From the NCBI GenBank assembly GCA_040756235.1, contig JBFLZG010000086.1, positions 1-63,665 on the forward strand: DNA of 63,665 nt, in the 5' to 3' direction. The notes beneath the pieces are model-generated. The model worked only from the letters and a program-made list of their open reading frames with translations. It did not search any database and was not told the origin of the DNA. The position numbers and the translations under genes were made by a program. This document shows positions 18,480-28,625 of the stretch, piece by piece; the first letter of the stretch is position 1; each line of letters opens with the position of its first letter. Origin of the DNA: a bacterium. Lineage in GTDB: Bacteria > Desulfobacterota > DSWW01.

Positions 18480-19250
18480 TCATGTAGGAGTCTGCCAGTA
18501 CTCGGGGAAATCGGCCATGAGCCTTTTGTCTGCAGCTTTGTCCAGCATCGAGAAGCATTTGTAGGTGGTGGTCAACAGTTGATTTTCAACGTAATGATGG
18601 AACTGTTCGAAAACTTCCGCCTGATCCATCTTCTCCGGTAGTGAGTAAGGTCCTTCCGCAACCAGGACAATCTTGTTAAAGGGCAGAGGCAGCATGGTCC
18701 TGTCCCATGTGCGAAGGAGGATCCGTCTCTTGCTCCAAACGCGCACGACGAAAAAGGGGGCATGGATCTTCATCGCCAACACGATGACGCCCGTCTTCAT
18801 TCGATAAGGCGGACCGGATGATCCGTCCACCGTGATGCCCACGGCCGGCCTGTCGACTTTCAGGAGATGCCGGGTGAATTCTTCGAGGATGATTCTCCTG
18901 CGGCTCCTCCCTTTACTCGATCCTCCCCGGAACACGGTAAAGTTGCATAACCCCAGAAGGCGCGCAATCACATCGCCCGCATCCCCCACGCTTGCAATCG
19001 TTTGGCCGTGAAACCTTCTGTAAGCCCAAGGCACGCAAAGCACATCCTGGTGCCACAGGGCTGCCACGAATCGGTGAGGAGGGTTGCGCAGCGCATCATC
19101 CAGAGGGGAGGTCAGGTCCGTGATCTTGCTGGTGGCCCAAACAAAAGCGAAGTATGCAAAATATAGATATGGGACCGTGTATTCCGCCAACCGGACCAGA
19201 GACTTCCTGGCGCGCCGACGCCATTTGTGCTTTTCTGTGTTCCTGACCAT
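18480..19250 (-). CDS. DUF374 / lysophospholipid acyltransferase family protein
   Basis: ALWHQ, AS..DAGD, RGGSSKG, ITVDG..GP...K.G, TWDR..LPLPF. Confidence 0.8.
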   Translation of the reverse strand: MVRNTEKHKWRRRARKSLVRLAEYTVPYLYFAYFAFVWATSKITDLTSPLDDALRNPPHRFVAALWHQDVLCVPWAYRRFHGQTIASVGDAGDVIARLLGLCNFTVFRGGSSKGRSRRRIILEEFTRHLLKVDRPAVGITVDGSSGPPYRMKTGVIVLAMKIHAPFFVVRVWSKRRILLRTWDRTMLPLPFNKIVLVAEGPYSLPEKMDQAEVFEQFHHYVENQLLTTTYKCFSMLDKAADKRLMADFPEYWQTPT

Positions 19251-19491
19251 GGTGCTTACGATTCTTCCGGGAACGAACCCGGCCGGTAAGGCCGGAGACC
19301 CTGCTTCCGGATCGGAATGGGGGCGTGGAAAATGTAGAGTACTGGGTAACTAGATTGTGCGTCAAGGACGGGATGGGCGGGACCGCACGGAAGGGCTCGC
19401 AAGGGGCTCAAAGGGCTCATGTACGCCCCCCGGCCCGAGCTCACCGTGCAACCGCTCGCGATTCCGCGGAAGCGGTGCGCCTCCCGCCTGC

Positions 19492-21195
19492 TCAGTGGAC
19501 GGCCCGCATGATTTCCGGATCGAGGCCGGAGAACCGGGCCATGTACTCCCTGCGCTCCCTCCTGAGCTGCTCGACGAGCCGCTCCCGGGTGGCCTGATCG
19601 TAAAGCTGGCGGGGATCGAAGCGGTCCATGTCGAAGGGCTCGCCCCTCTCTCCGGTCACGCCCCCCACCAGGACCCGGGTGCCGGAATCCGGGTCGTCCG
19701 CCCAGACCGCGGTGTTGCGGAACACGGCCCGGGTCACGTACCCGATGCCGCTCTTCCAGGGCCGGCTGGGAGGCCTCAGGAGCTTGCCGGGCTGGCGGGG
19801 ATCCTGGATCTCCCCCACGCCCCCGGTGTTCATGAGGAAGCAGCGGATCTTGCTTCCGTGTCGGCAAAGAAATTCGTAGAAGAGGTTTCCCTCCTGCTCG
19901 GGCGGTCCGATGATGAACGGGTTGGTGCCGACCACGCGGCGGGAACGGCCGGCAAGAGCCGGGTCGCCCGCCGCGGTCTCGATCGATTCGCCCAGCATGA
20001 AGGCGACCGCCGCCTGCTCGGCCGTGAGCTCCTGCAGGACCGGAACCACGGTGTTGCGCCGGGTGTTGAAGAAGATGAAGAGGCCATCGAGCTCGGCGAC
20101 CGGCGGCAGATCGATCTCGCCGTACCTCCTGCTCTCGGGCAGGCAGGTCAGCGGCAGGATGGCCCTGCCGTTGGCGCAGAGGTCCTCCTCCAGGTAGTGC
20201 ATCTTCCCCCAGTAGTCGAAATACATGTTCTCGGCGACGAACTCGGCCGACTGGGTGGCGGGCCGGAGCAGCATGTCGTCTTCATCCAGGTCGGTCTTCA
20301 GGAACATGGCCTGCTCGGTGCCCAGCACGCGTCCGTCGCGGATCCGGATGCCGACGAAATCGTCCTGCACGACCCGGCTCTGCTCGCCCTCTCCGTCGAG
20401 GAAGTGGGTGTGGCCCACGTTGGTCGTCTTGCCGGTGCCGGAGAGACCGAAGATGACGACCCCGTAGCGGTACAGCTCGCCGTCGAAGGCGCTGCGGGCC
20501 ACGACGACCTTGGAGCCCGCGTGGATGCCGAGGATGTTCTTGCGCTTGGCCCGGAACATGGCCATGCGCAGAAAGCCCTTCTTCACTTCACCCATGTAGT
20601 CGGAGCCGACTCCCACGGTTACGTTCTGTTCCGGGAAGCAATAGAACCGGCCGAAGTCGCCGGTCAGGATCTCGGGGACCATGAGGAGATAGAGGTCCTC
20701 GGCCTCGGGGACCGGGTCCCGCTCGAGCAGCATCTTGCCCCACATGAAGGGAAGGTGGTGGTTGGCCCGGTTCTTGGTGGTGACCATGTAGTAGCAGTTG
20801 AAGGTGAAATCCGGGTCCGCGCCGCTGCCCATGACGCGATGAACCAGATCGATCGGCAGGAAGTTCACATGCCCCCTGTAGTCCTTTCCTTCGTGGCGTC
20901 CGCCGAAGATGCGCGTCATGAACAGGTCGAGCTTCTGCAGGGTCTCGACCTGCTCGGCTTTCGGATTGGGGTCCTCCACGGCCGGGCTGCCGATGGTCAC
21001 CGTGTACTTCGCGGAGCGGTTGCGCACGCGCGTGTCCCAGTTGTAGCCGCCGTAGATGTTCCGCTGGCCCGCGGAGATCGCGGTGCGGCCGAGCTCGGGG
21101 CCTTTGTAGTGGATCACGTTGGTCCCGGCCCTTCGGGATTTCTCCAGCAGCGTTGCGATCTTGTCGAGAACCCCCTGCCCGTCGTAGAGAGACAT
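19492..21195 (-). CDS. pckA: phosphoenolpyruvate carboxykinase (ATP) family
   Basis: SDYMGEVKKG.LR, GIHAGSK, FGLSGTGKTT, QDDFV, NGRA, MLGES, LMNTG. Confidence 0.85.
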   Translation of the reverse strand: MSLYDGQGVLDKIATLLEKSRRAGTNVIHYKGPELGRTAISAGQRNIYGGYNWDTRVRNRSAKYTVTIGSPAVEDPNPKAEQVETLQKLDLFMTRIFGGRHEGKDYRGHVNFLPIDLVHRVMGSGADPDFTFNCYYMVTTKNRANHHLPFMWGKMLLERDPVPEAEDLYLLMVPEILTGDFGRFYCFPEQNVTVGVGSDYMGEVKKGFLRMAMFRAKRKNILGIHAGSKVVVARSAFDGELYRYGVVIFGLSGTGKTTNVGHTHFLDGEGEQSRVVQDDFVGIRIRDGRVLGTEQAMFLKTDLDEDDMLLRPATQSAEFVAENMYFDYWGKMHYLEEDLCANGRAILPLTCLPESRRYGEIDLPPVAELDGLFIFFNTRRNTVVPVLQELTAEQAAVAFMLGESIETAAGDPALAGRSRRVVGTNPFIIGPPEQEGNLFYEFLCRHGSKIRCFLMNTGGVGEIQDPRQPGKLLRPPSRPWKSGIGYVTRAVFRNTAVWADDPDSGTRVLVGGVTGERGEPFDMDRFDPRQLYDQATRERLVEQLRRERREYMARFSGLDPEIMRAVH

Positions 21196-21283
21196 GTCTC
21201 CTCCCTTTCCGAGATTCTGTCGCTTGGGTGGCCCCGCGCGCGGATGCGAGAAGGCAGCTCGAGACCGCGGAGCGCCCCGGCGA

Positions 21284-21457
21284 TCAGGCTCCCCGGACCG
21301 CTTCGGCCGGACAGAGGTCGGCGCAGTATCCGCATTCCGTGCAAATTTCCGGGTCGATGCGGTATTCGCCGTCTTCCAGCAAGATGGCCCTCATGGGGCA
21401 CTCCCGCATGCAGTCCCCGCAGTGCGTGCACTTCTCCACGTAGATGACGTAGCCCAT
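21284..21457 (-). CDS. 2x[4Fe-4S] ferredoxin (57 aa; below the ORF-track cutoff)
   Basis: Manual translation MGYVIYVEKCTHCGDCMRECPMRAILLEDGEYRIDPEICTECGYCADLCPAEAVRGA*, with two CxxCxxCxxxCP motifs. Confidence 0.92.
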   Translation of the reverse strand: MGYVIYVEKCTHCGDCMRECPMRAILLEDGEYRIDPEICTECGYCADLCPAEAVRGA

Positions 21458-21493
21458 GTGCGTCGTCCCGATCTATCTCTATGATGCGGCGTC

Positions 21494-22669
21494 CTACCTG
21501 CGGATTTCCCAGAGGGTGGGGCTGAGCTCAAGGTTGTAGGGTATGTTCGTGAAGAGGATCCGGCCGTTTGCGCAGTCGTAGGCCACTGCAAGAGGGCGGT
21601 CCAGGTCCGCTGCCCCGAGGGCAAACTCGAAGGACCCGTTCGAGGGACTGAACTGGAGAAATAAGAATTCGGGGACCAGCTCATGCGTGACCAGCAGGGC
21701 GGAGGACTGCGTCGCGTCCCGGTTGGTGGGCGGCGCGGCCAGCCCGATGGGACTGGGAAAATCGGGGTCTTCTATGAAAGGGGCTGGGTTCGCCAGGCCG
21801 TCCAGGGCAACGGTCCTGGAGCTCGCGTCGGTGAGGCGGTAAATTCTCCCCTGATCCTGAAATTCAATTCCAGGCTCGTTCTGCGAGAAGAACAGCTGGT
21901 CCGACGAGGAACGGTAAGCAATTCCCTGCAGGCTGGAGAAGTTGCGTGCGAGCGTGGCGGTGTCGAACGTGGGATCCGCCTCCAGGCTGAGTGCCAGGCG
22001 CACGATCGACTGAGCGTTCGCGGCGCCGCGGTTCCGGTTCAGGACGAACAGGAGTGCCTGGTCCCGGTCACCATGGGCGGCCAGGGCAGCGGGCTCCAGA
22101 AAAGGCGTGCCGTCAAGCACGTCGTTGGTGACCTCGACCGATGACTGGCCTTCCGGAAACACCGTGCCCGCGAGGTCCTCAATAAAGATAGAGTTGCTGT
22201 CACCGCTGCTATAGAACAGGAGCAAAATGTCTTCTTCACCTTCTGTCCGGCCGATCGATGAGAAGAAGGCGAGACCTCCGGGGGTCGAGATGTTGTTGAC
22301 CATGTTGAAGTGAACCCCGTTGGCCTTGTAGGCCACGATTCTTCCCGCGCCGCGGTCGGCGACCAGCACGTCTCCGGCTTCCAAGCCCCTGGAATCCCAA
22401 GTGAAGCTGGCCCCGTCCGGGACCACGGCCAGGGCCACCGGATCGTCCAGGGCGTCCTCGGCGCTGAGCTGGTCGAAGCGCGTGTACTGGTCCACGCGGG
22501 TGAACGGAACCGTGCAGGAGGCTTCGGAGCCGTCCCCGTCGCCATCTCCGCCTCCGTCCTCATCGTCGAACAGCGTGAAATCGCCACACGAGGCGGCCTG
22601 CAGAAAGAGCGCGATGCCAAACGCAACGAGCAAGGGGCGCAGCCGATTCCAAAGTTCAAAGAGACGCAT
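21494..22669 (-). CDS. putative lipoprotein, beta-propeller (NHL/SGL-like)
   Basis: Signal peptide ending AASC, acidic Gly linker, repeated 'P.ALA/GLA' blade motifs. Confidence 0.6.
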   Translation of the reverse strand: MRLFELWNRLRPLLVAFGIALFLQAASCGDFTLFDDEDGGGDGDGDGSEASCTVPFTRVDQYTRFDQLSAEDALDDPVALAVVPDGASFTWDSRGLEAGDVLVADRGAGRIVAYKANGVHFNMVNNISTPGGLAFFSSIGRTEGEEDILLLFYSSGDSNSIFIEDLAGTVFPEGQSSVEVTNDVLDGTPFLEPAALAAHGDRDQALLFVLNRNRGAANAQSIVRLALSLEADPTFDTATLARNFSSLQGIAYRSSSDQLFFSQNEPGIEFQDQGRIYRLTDASSRTVALDGLANPAPFIEDPDFPSPIGLAAPPTNRDATQSSALLVTHELVPEFLFLQFSPSNGSFEFALGAADLDRPLAVAYDCANGRILFTNIPYNLELSPTLWEIRR

Positions 22670-22843
22670 CCCGGCACTTCCTCCACTCAGCGGCAACGTG
22701 TCGTCGTGTGTCTTCGCAGTGCTCCCCCCGGCTCCCGTGAGCCCGGCGGCAAAGCGTTCGAAATGGAGCGGCGGACAAGGAAGATTTGCTTTCCGGAGCC
22801 CGTCGATTATAAGATGTATGAGTCTGGGAATCCAGCAAAATCC

Positions 22844-23587
22844 ATGAGATATGCGATCCTTTCCGACATTCATGCGAATCTCGAGGCCCTGGAGGCCGTG
22901 CTCGGGCAGATTGCCGGGCTCGGCGTCGATCAGATCATCTCGCTCGGGGACCTCGTCGGGTACAACGCCGATCCCAACGAGTGCGTGCGGATCGTGGTGG
23001 AGGGCAAGATCCCCACGCTGATGGGCAACCACGACGCCGCAGCCTGCGGCCTGGAGGAGCCGGTTGACTTCAATCCCATCGCCAGGGCCGCGATCCTCTG
23101 GACGAGGAACGCTCTGACCGCTCGATCCCGCGAATTCCTGCGCAGCCTGCCGGATGAACGTCGCCTCCCGGGCTCGGTCCGTGTCCGCCTCGTCCACGGA
23201 TCGCTCCTTCACAGGGACCACTATCTCTTGTCCCGCCGCGACGTGCTGGAGAACGTCCGCCGCATGCGATCGGACCCGCAGGGCGCGCGCATTCTCTTCT
23301 TCGGGCACACCCATCATCAGGTGGCCTTCCGTGCGCGCGACGAGGACGCGTCCGTGATCGAGTCGTCCCGCTTCGAGATCTCGGAGGACGGCTATTACTT
23401 GATCAACCCGGGCAGCGTGGGGCAGCCCAGGGACCGCGATCCGAGGGCGTCCTTCATCGTCTATGACCAGGAGCGGCGTTCGGTCGAGGTGATCCGGGTT
23501 CAGTACCGGGTCGCCGACTGCTCCCGCAAGATCCTTGCCGCAGGCCTCCCCCGCGAGCTTGCCGCCCGGCTCAGTGAAGGATGGTAG
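22844..23587 (+). CDS. metallophosphoesterase
   Basis: SDIHAN, LGDLVGY, GNHD, VHGS, GHTH, NPGSVGQPRD. Confidence 0.92.
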   Translation: MRYAILSDIHANLEALEAVLGQIAGLGVDQIISLGDLVGYNADPNECVRIVVEGKIPTLMGNHDAAACGLEEPVDFNPIARAAILWTRNALTARSREFLRSLPDERRLPGSVRVRLVHGSLLHRDHYLLSRRDVLENVRRMRSDPQGARILFFGHTHHQVAFRARDEDASVIESSRFEISEDGYYLINPGSVGQPRDRDPRASFIVYDQERRSVEVIRVQYRVADCSRKILAAGLPRELAARLSEGW

Positions 23588-26500
23588 CAGCACTGCTTGA
23601 GAATCTGTTCACGTCTTTCCTCCAGCCCCGGCCCGGCAGGACACAGGTCCGGATCCAGGGGACCCGACCGGCCGCACAGGCCCTGGTCACGGCCCTGCTG
23701 GCGGACGCCCGCCCCCGCTCGGTCCTGGCTCTGACGGCGACCTTGAGAGAGGCCGAGGAGCTCGCCGAAGAGCTCAGGTTCTTTTGCGGCCTGTTCACCT
23801 TCGGGTCGGGCCGGGAAAGGGAAGCGGGGAGCCGCCAGGTCCTTCTCTTCCCGCCGGGTCTCGGCTGGCCCCTGGGCAGCCTGCGCGTCTCGGCTGATTC
23901 GATCCAGGACCGGCTCAGGACCTTGCTCCGGCTCGTGCAGGGGCAGCGGCCCTGCACGGTGGTAGCGCCGGTCGACGCCCTGCTGGAGCGGGTTCCGCCG
24001 CAGCAGGTCCTGGCGAACCACGGACGCGTGCTGCGGCCGGCGCAACGGGCGGATCGGGACGAGCTGGCCGGCTTTCTCCTGGACACGGGCTATCGCCGCG
24101 TGCCCGTGGTGGAGGAGCCGGGCGAGTTTGCCGTCCGCGGGAGCCTCATCGACCTGTACCCGCTCACCGCGGAGGTGCCCTTCCGAGTGGATTTCTTCGG
24201 TGACTCGATCGAGGCCGTCCGCACGTTCGATCCCGAGACCCAGCGCTCCCGGGAGCCCGTTCCTTCTGCTTCTGTCCCTCCCGCCGGGCTCTATGTGGAG
24301 CGGGCCTGCCCGCGCGAGGACCTCAGGCGCCGGCTCAAGGACCGGGCCGACGCCCTGGACATGCGCGCCCGGAGCCGGATCGCATTCCTGGCCAGGCTGG
24401 ACGCGGGCCTGCCCTCTCAGGAACTGGCGACTCTCATTCCGTTCTGTTATCCGAAGCTGGAGACCCTGCTCGAGTACCTGGACCCGGATGCCCTGATTCT
24501 GCCCCTGGATCCCGAGGGCATACGCAGGACCGCAGAGACGCTCGAGGCCGAAGTCGAGCAGGGGCTCGAGCGTCTCTTCCAGGCCGGTAGGATCCCCCCT
24601 GCGCCGGAAGACCTTTATCTGAGACCCGAGCTCCTGTGGCAGCGGCTTCGGGAATCCTCGTTGGCGGTCTTCTCGGACCTGCCCCTTCCGGGCGGGTGGC
24701 TGCGGCCTCCGGCGCCCCCGGACGGGGCCCCCGGGGAGCCGGGTCTCGACTCCGAGGGAGGCGCGGAGCCCGCCGTCGTCCGCCTCCAGTGCAGGCGGGT
24801 AGCGCCCCAGGTCGTGGCCGGGCAGAAAGGCCAGTCGACCCGGGGGCTGGCCGCCTACGTGCGGCCGATCCGGGAATGGATCGGCCAGGGGCAGCGGGTC
24901 TATCTGGTCTGCGGGACCGAGCCGGAGAAGGCGCGCATCGCGGGTCTGCTGGAGGACTACGGGCTGGACTTCATCCAGCCCGGCGGGAAGCTCGATTTCT
25001 GGCAAACCCCTCCCGGGCTCTACCTCCTCCGGGGCGCTCTCTCCGAGGGATTTCTGCTGCCCGCGGCAAACCAGGTTTTTCTTCACGAGGAAGATATCTT
25101 CGGCCGCAAGGTGCGCAGGCCCAGGGTCTCGGATCGGGCGGCGTTCCGGGGCATGGACGTCCGCGAGCTCAAGCCCGGGGACTTCGTCGTCCACGTGGAT
25201 TTCGGCATCGGCCGGTACCTCGGGCTGGAGACGCTCGACATACGCGGCCTGGTGAACGACTACCTCCACCTGGAATACGCCGGCCGGGACAAGCTGTACC
25301 TTCCGGTGGACCGGGCCAGCCGCATCCAGCGCTATGTGAGCACCGAGGAGGCCCCTCCGGCCCTGGACAAGCTCGGCAGCACCGCCTGGGCCCGAACCAA
25401 GCAGAAGGTCCGGGAGTCGATCCTGGCCATGGCGGCCGAGCTCGTCTCGATCTACGCCGCGCGGGCCGTGAAGAAGGGGTTTTCCTTTTCGCGGGCCGAT
25501 GCCTCCTACCACGAGTTCGAAGCCACCTTCCCGTACGAAGAGACGCCGGATCAGATGCGCGCCATCGACGACGTGGTTTCCGACATGGAAAGGGACCGGC
25601 CCATGGACCGGCTGGTCTGCGGGGACGTGGGCTTCGGAAAGACCGAGGTGGCCATCCGGGCGGCGTACAAGGCCGTCATGGACGGCAAGCAGGTGGCGGT
25701 CCTCGTGCCCACGACGGTCCTGGCACAACAGCACTTCGTCAACTTTCGGAGGCGCTTCGAGCAGCATCCGATCGCAGTCGAGATGCTGAGCCGCTTTCGC
25801 TCGACGCGCCAGCAGAAGTCCATCCTGGAGGCGCTGGCCAGGGGGACCGTCGACGTGGTCGTCGGGACGCACCGGCTGCTGCAGCAGGACGTGCTCTTTC
25901 GGGACCTGGGGCTGCTCATCGTGGACGAGGAGCACCGGTTCGGCGTGCGCCACAAGGAGAAGCTCAAGAAGATGCGCACCGAGGTGGACGTGCTGACCCT
26001 GACCGCCACCCCGATCCCGAGGACCCTGCACATGTCGCTCCTGGGCATCCGGGACCTGAGCGTGATTCAGACGCCCCCGCAGGACCGGCACGCGATCGAG
26101 ACCTACATCGTTCCTTTCCAGCCCGATGTCATCCGCGCGGCGGTGTCCCAGGAGCTGGAGCGCGGCGGGCAGGTCTTTTTCGTGCACAACCAGGTCTACG
26201 ACATCGGCGCGGTCGCCGAACGTCTGCAGCAGATCGTGCCCGAGGCGCGCATCGCGATCGCGCACGGACAGATGCCGGAGAGGGAGCTGGAACGGGTCAT
26301 GCTGGAATTCGTCGAGTGCCGCCACGACGTGCTCCTGTGTACCACGATCATCGAAAGCGGCCTGGACATTCAGAACGCAAACACCCTGCTGGTGAACCGG
26401 GCCGACCGTTTCGGGCTGGCCCAGCTCTATCAGCTTCGCGGCCGCGTGGGCCGGGCCGAGAGACAGGCCTACGCCTACCTCATCGTCCCGGACGATGAGA

Positions 26501-27210
26501 CGCTTGCGGGCGACGCCCGGGAACGGCTCGAGGCCCTGTACGAGTTCACGGAGCTCGGCTCCGGCTTCCGCATCGCCCGCTACGACCTCGAGATCCGGGG
26601 CGCCGGCAACCTCCTGGGCGCGTCCCAGTCGGGCCAGATACGCGCCGTCGGGTACGATCTGTACCTGGGGATGATGGAGAAGGCGGTCCGGGAGCTCAAG
26701 GGCGAGGAGGTCATTGAGGAGGTGGACCCGGAGATCCACCTGGAGATGCCCGCCTATCTGCCCCAGGAGTACATCCCGGATTCCACCCAGCGGCTTTCCT
26801 TCTACAAGCGGCTGGCCAGCGCCCGGGAGGAGGCCGAAGTGGAAGGGTTGCGGGAAGAGCTCGTGGACCGCTTCGGCCCGCTCTCGGAGCAAGCGGAAAA
26901 CCTCCTGGGTCTGATCCGCATCAAGGTGCGGTTGCGGAGGCTGCGGGTGCGGGACGCCCGGCTGTCCGACGAGGGGCTGCTCCTCACCTTCGATCCGCAG
27001 ACACCGGTCCACGTGGAGCGCATCCTCCAGTGGGCCGCCCGCGAGCCGGAGCGCCTCCGTCTTTACCCGGACGACCGTCTCCTGATACGATTCGTCGCTG
27101 CCGGCCAGCCGGAGCGGCTCGATGTGGTCCATCGCCTCCTCGGCTGGCTGGAAGAGGCCGGCTCACGACCGCGACGGACGGAAGCCGGTCAAAGGGGAAA
27201 TGTCCGATGA
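23581..27210 (+). CDS. mfd: transcription-repair coupling factor
   Basis: PGEFAVRG, CarD-like RID, GDVGFGKTEVA, DEEHRFGV, TATPIPRT, QLRGRVGR, DLEIRGAGN, TRCF C-terminus. Confidence 0.97.
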   Translation: MVAALLENLFTSFLQPRPGRTQVRIQGTRPAAQALVTALLADARPRSVLALTATLREAEELAEELRFFCGLFTFGSGREREAGSRQVLLFPPGLGWPLGSLRVSADSIQDRLRTLLRLVQGQRPCTVVAPVDALLERVPPQQVLANHGRVLRPAQRADRDELAGFLLDTGYRRVPVVEEPGEFAVRGSLIDLYPLTAEVPFRVDFFGDSIEAVRTFDPETQRSREPVPSASVPPAGLYVERACPREDLRRRLKDRADALDMRARSRIAFLARLDAGLPSQELATLIPFCYPKLETLLEYLDPDALILPLDPEGIRRTAETLEAEVEQGLERLFQAGRIPPAPEDLYLRPELLWQRLRESSLAVFSDLPLPGGWLRPPAPPDGAPGEPGLDSEGGAEPAVVRLQCRRVAPQVVAGQKGQSTRGLAAYVRPIREWIGQGQRVYLVCGTEPEKARIAGLLEDYGLDFIQPGGKLDFWQTPPGLYLLRGALSEGFLLPAANQVFLHEEDIFGRKVRRPRVSDRAAFRGMDVRELKPGDFVVHVDFGIGRYLGLETLDIRGLVNDYLHLEYAGRDKLYLPVDRASRIQRYVSTEEAPPALDKLGSTAWARTKQKVRESILAMAAELVSIYAARAVKKGFSFSRADASYHEFEATFPYEETPDQMRAIDDVVSDMERDRPMDRLVCGDVGFGKTEVAIRAAYKAVMDGKQVAVLVPTTVLAQQHFVNFRRRFEQHPIAVEMLSRFRSTRQQKSILEALARGTVDVVVGTHRLLQQDVLFRDLGLLIVDEEHRFGVRHKEKLKKMRTEVDVLTLTATPIPRTLHMSLLGIRDLSVIQTPPQDRHAIETYIVPFQPDVIRAAVSQELERGGQVFFVHNQVYDIGAVAERLQQIVPEARIAIAHGQMPERELERVMLEFVECRHDVLLCTTIIESGLDIQNANTLLVNRADRFGLAQLYQLRGRVGRAERQAYAYLIVPDDETLAGDARERLEALYEFTELGSGFRIARYDLEIRGAGNLLGASQSGQIRAVGYDLYLGMMEKAVRELKGEEVIEEVDPEIHLEMPAYLPQEYIPDSTQRLSFYKRLASAREEAEVEGLREELVDRFGPLSEQAENLLGLIRIKVRLRRLRVRDARLSDEGLLLTFDPQTPVHVERILQWAAREPERLRLYPDDRLLIRFVAAGQPERLDVVHRLLGWLEEAGSRPRRTEAGQRGNVR

Positions 27211-28273
27211 AGAAAGGAAGACCATGACGACGAGGGATCCGCTATCGGCGACGCCCGCCCGCGGGCTGCGAAGCCGTTCGACCTTGCGCGCGAGGAAGGG
27301 GCCTGCGGCAGGCCTTGTACTTGTCCTCTCTCTGGCCCTGTGGCCGGCTGCGCCAGGCGGGGTGGTCTCAGCCGGAGTGCTGGACCGGGTGGTCGCAACG
27401 GTCAACGGCAAAGTGATCACCGAGAGCGAGCTCCGGGAAATGACCGATCTGTTCCAGCACCAGGAAGGTGCGGGTTCCAGGCCGGACGCCTCCGAATGGG
27501 AGCAGGCGTCCATGCAGCGCAGGATCCTGGAAGAGCTCGTGGACCGCAAGCTGATGGACGATTACGCGAGCAAGAACGGCATCTCCGCCTCGGATGAGGA
27601 GATCGAGCAGGCGGTCAAGGAAGTGCAGGCGAGGGGCAACATCACCCGGGAGCAGCTCATGGAGTCCCTCCGGCGCGACGGGGTCTCTTATGAAGAGTAC
27701 CGGGACCAGATCCGAGACCAGATCATCAAGGCCAAGATGATCCACAAGGAAGTGCGCGCCCAGGTCTCGGTCAAGGATGAACAGATCGAGGCCTACTACC
27801 TGGAGCACCCGGATGATTTCCGCTCAGAGGAAGGTTTCTTCCTCAGCCACATTCTCCTGGGCCTGCCTCAGAATCCCAGACCGGAGGTGGTGGAAGCCGT
27901 CATGAACGAGGCGCGCAGGATCCGCGGGGAGGTCCTGGCCGGCGTGCCCTTTGCGGATGCTGCCGCCAAGTACTCCCAGGATGCCTCGGCGGCCCGGGGC
28001 GGGCGTCTGGGGTTTTTCCGCCAGGGCGCTCTCAGCGGCGATCTCGAGTCGACCATCCTGGGGATGCAGGAAGGGGAAGTGAGCGAGCCCATTCGGACGT
28101 CGGCCGGGGTCCACATCGTGAGGCTGGAAGAGAAGACCTCGGGCGAGATCCGGTCTCTGGACAGGGTCCGGGATACCATTCGCGAGAAGCTCTTCGAGGA
28201 AGCTGCGGAGCGCCAGTTCGAAGAGTGGCGGAAGAACCTCCGGAAGAGCGCCTATATCGAAATCCTCCTTTAA
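27200..28273 (+). CDS. SurA/PrsA-like peptidylprolyl isomerase
   Basis: LDRVVATVNG..ITESEL, SHILL, F..AA.KYSQD..A..GG.LG, VSEPIRT..GVHI. Start is 27200 or 27224; follows mfd. Confidence 0.85.
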   Translation: MSDEERKTMTTRDPLSATPARGLRSRSTLRARKGPAAGLVLVLSLALWPAAPGGVVSAGVLDRVVATVNGKVITESELREMTDLFQHQEGAGSRPDASEWEQASMQRRILEELVDRKLMDDYASKNGISASDEEIEQAVKEVQARGNITREQLMESLRRDGVSYEEYRDQIRDQIIKAKMIHKEVRAQVSVKDEQIEAYYLEHPDDFRSEEGFFLSHILLGLPQNPRPEVVEAVMNEARRIRGEVLAGVPFADAAAKYSQDASAARGGRLGFFRQGALSGDLESTILGMQEGEVSEPIRTSAGVHIVRLEEKTSGEIRSLDRVRDTIREKLFEEAAERQFEEWRKNLRKSAYIEILL

Positions 28274-28320
28274 CATTGTGGGCCGACCACGAAGGGGAGG
28301 TGCTAGGTATTGGGTATAGG

Positions 28321-28512
28321 TAGAGCTTGTCCCACAAGCTCTGGTTCGGGAGCCTGTTCAAAAATGCCCAGATGCCAGGCGCGCGAAATCCCGAGGAATG
28401 AGGCGTACAGTGAGAATCTCGGTGGACCCCGGCTTCTGCCGGGGCAGGCTCCCCGCGCCTCCATGCGCCACGAGCGCAACGCCGCAGATGGGCGTTTTGG
28501 GACAGGCTCTAG
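28321..28512. mobile_element. MITE-like element, composite variant with REP-like insert and doubled left end
   Basis: GAGCCTGTTCAAAAATGCCCA...TGGGCGTTTTGGGACAGGCTC terminal inverted repeats (28350-28509); matches the reverse complement of 63540-63665 except for the apical segment. Confidence 0.75.
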
Positions 28513-28583
28513 GTATTAGGCCGCTCCCAGCCAGGATGGCGGATCCTGCTGCCGTTCTCGTCTTGGCGGAGCAGGGTCGAGCG

Positions 28584-28613
28584 CTGGAACCTGGTACCTG
28601 AAACCTGTCACCT
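28584..28613. repeat. heptamer-based repeat, inverted partner of 31459-31488
   Basis: ACCTGGT ACCTGAA ACCTGTC ACCTGAT units; 24/30 identity to the reverse complement of 31459-31488. Confidence 0.7.
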
Positions 28614-28625
28614 GATCTGACTCCC

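Noticed and set aside
23500..27132. 1210-aa antisense ORF over mfd (also 31636-34944, 6641-9325, 29085-31424 and others)
   Set aside because: Shadow ORFs from high-GC codon bias opposite well-supported genes; no protein motifs.
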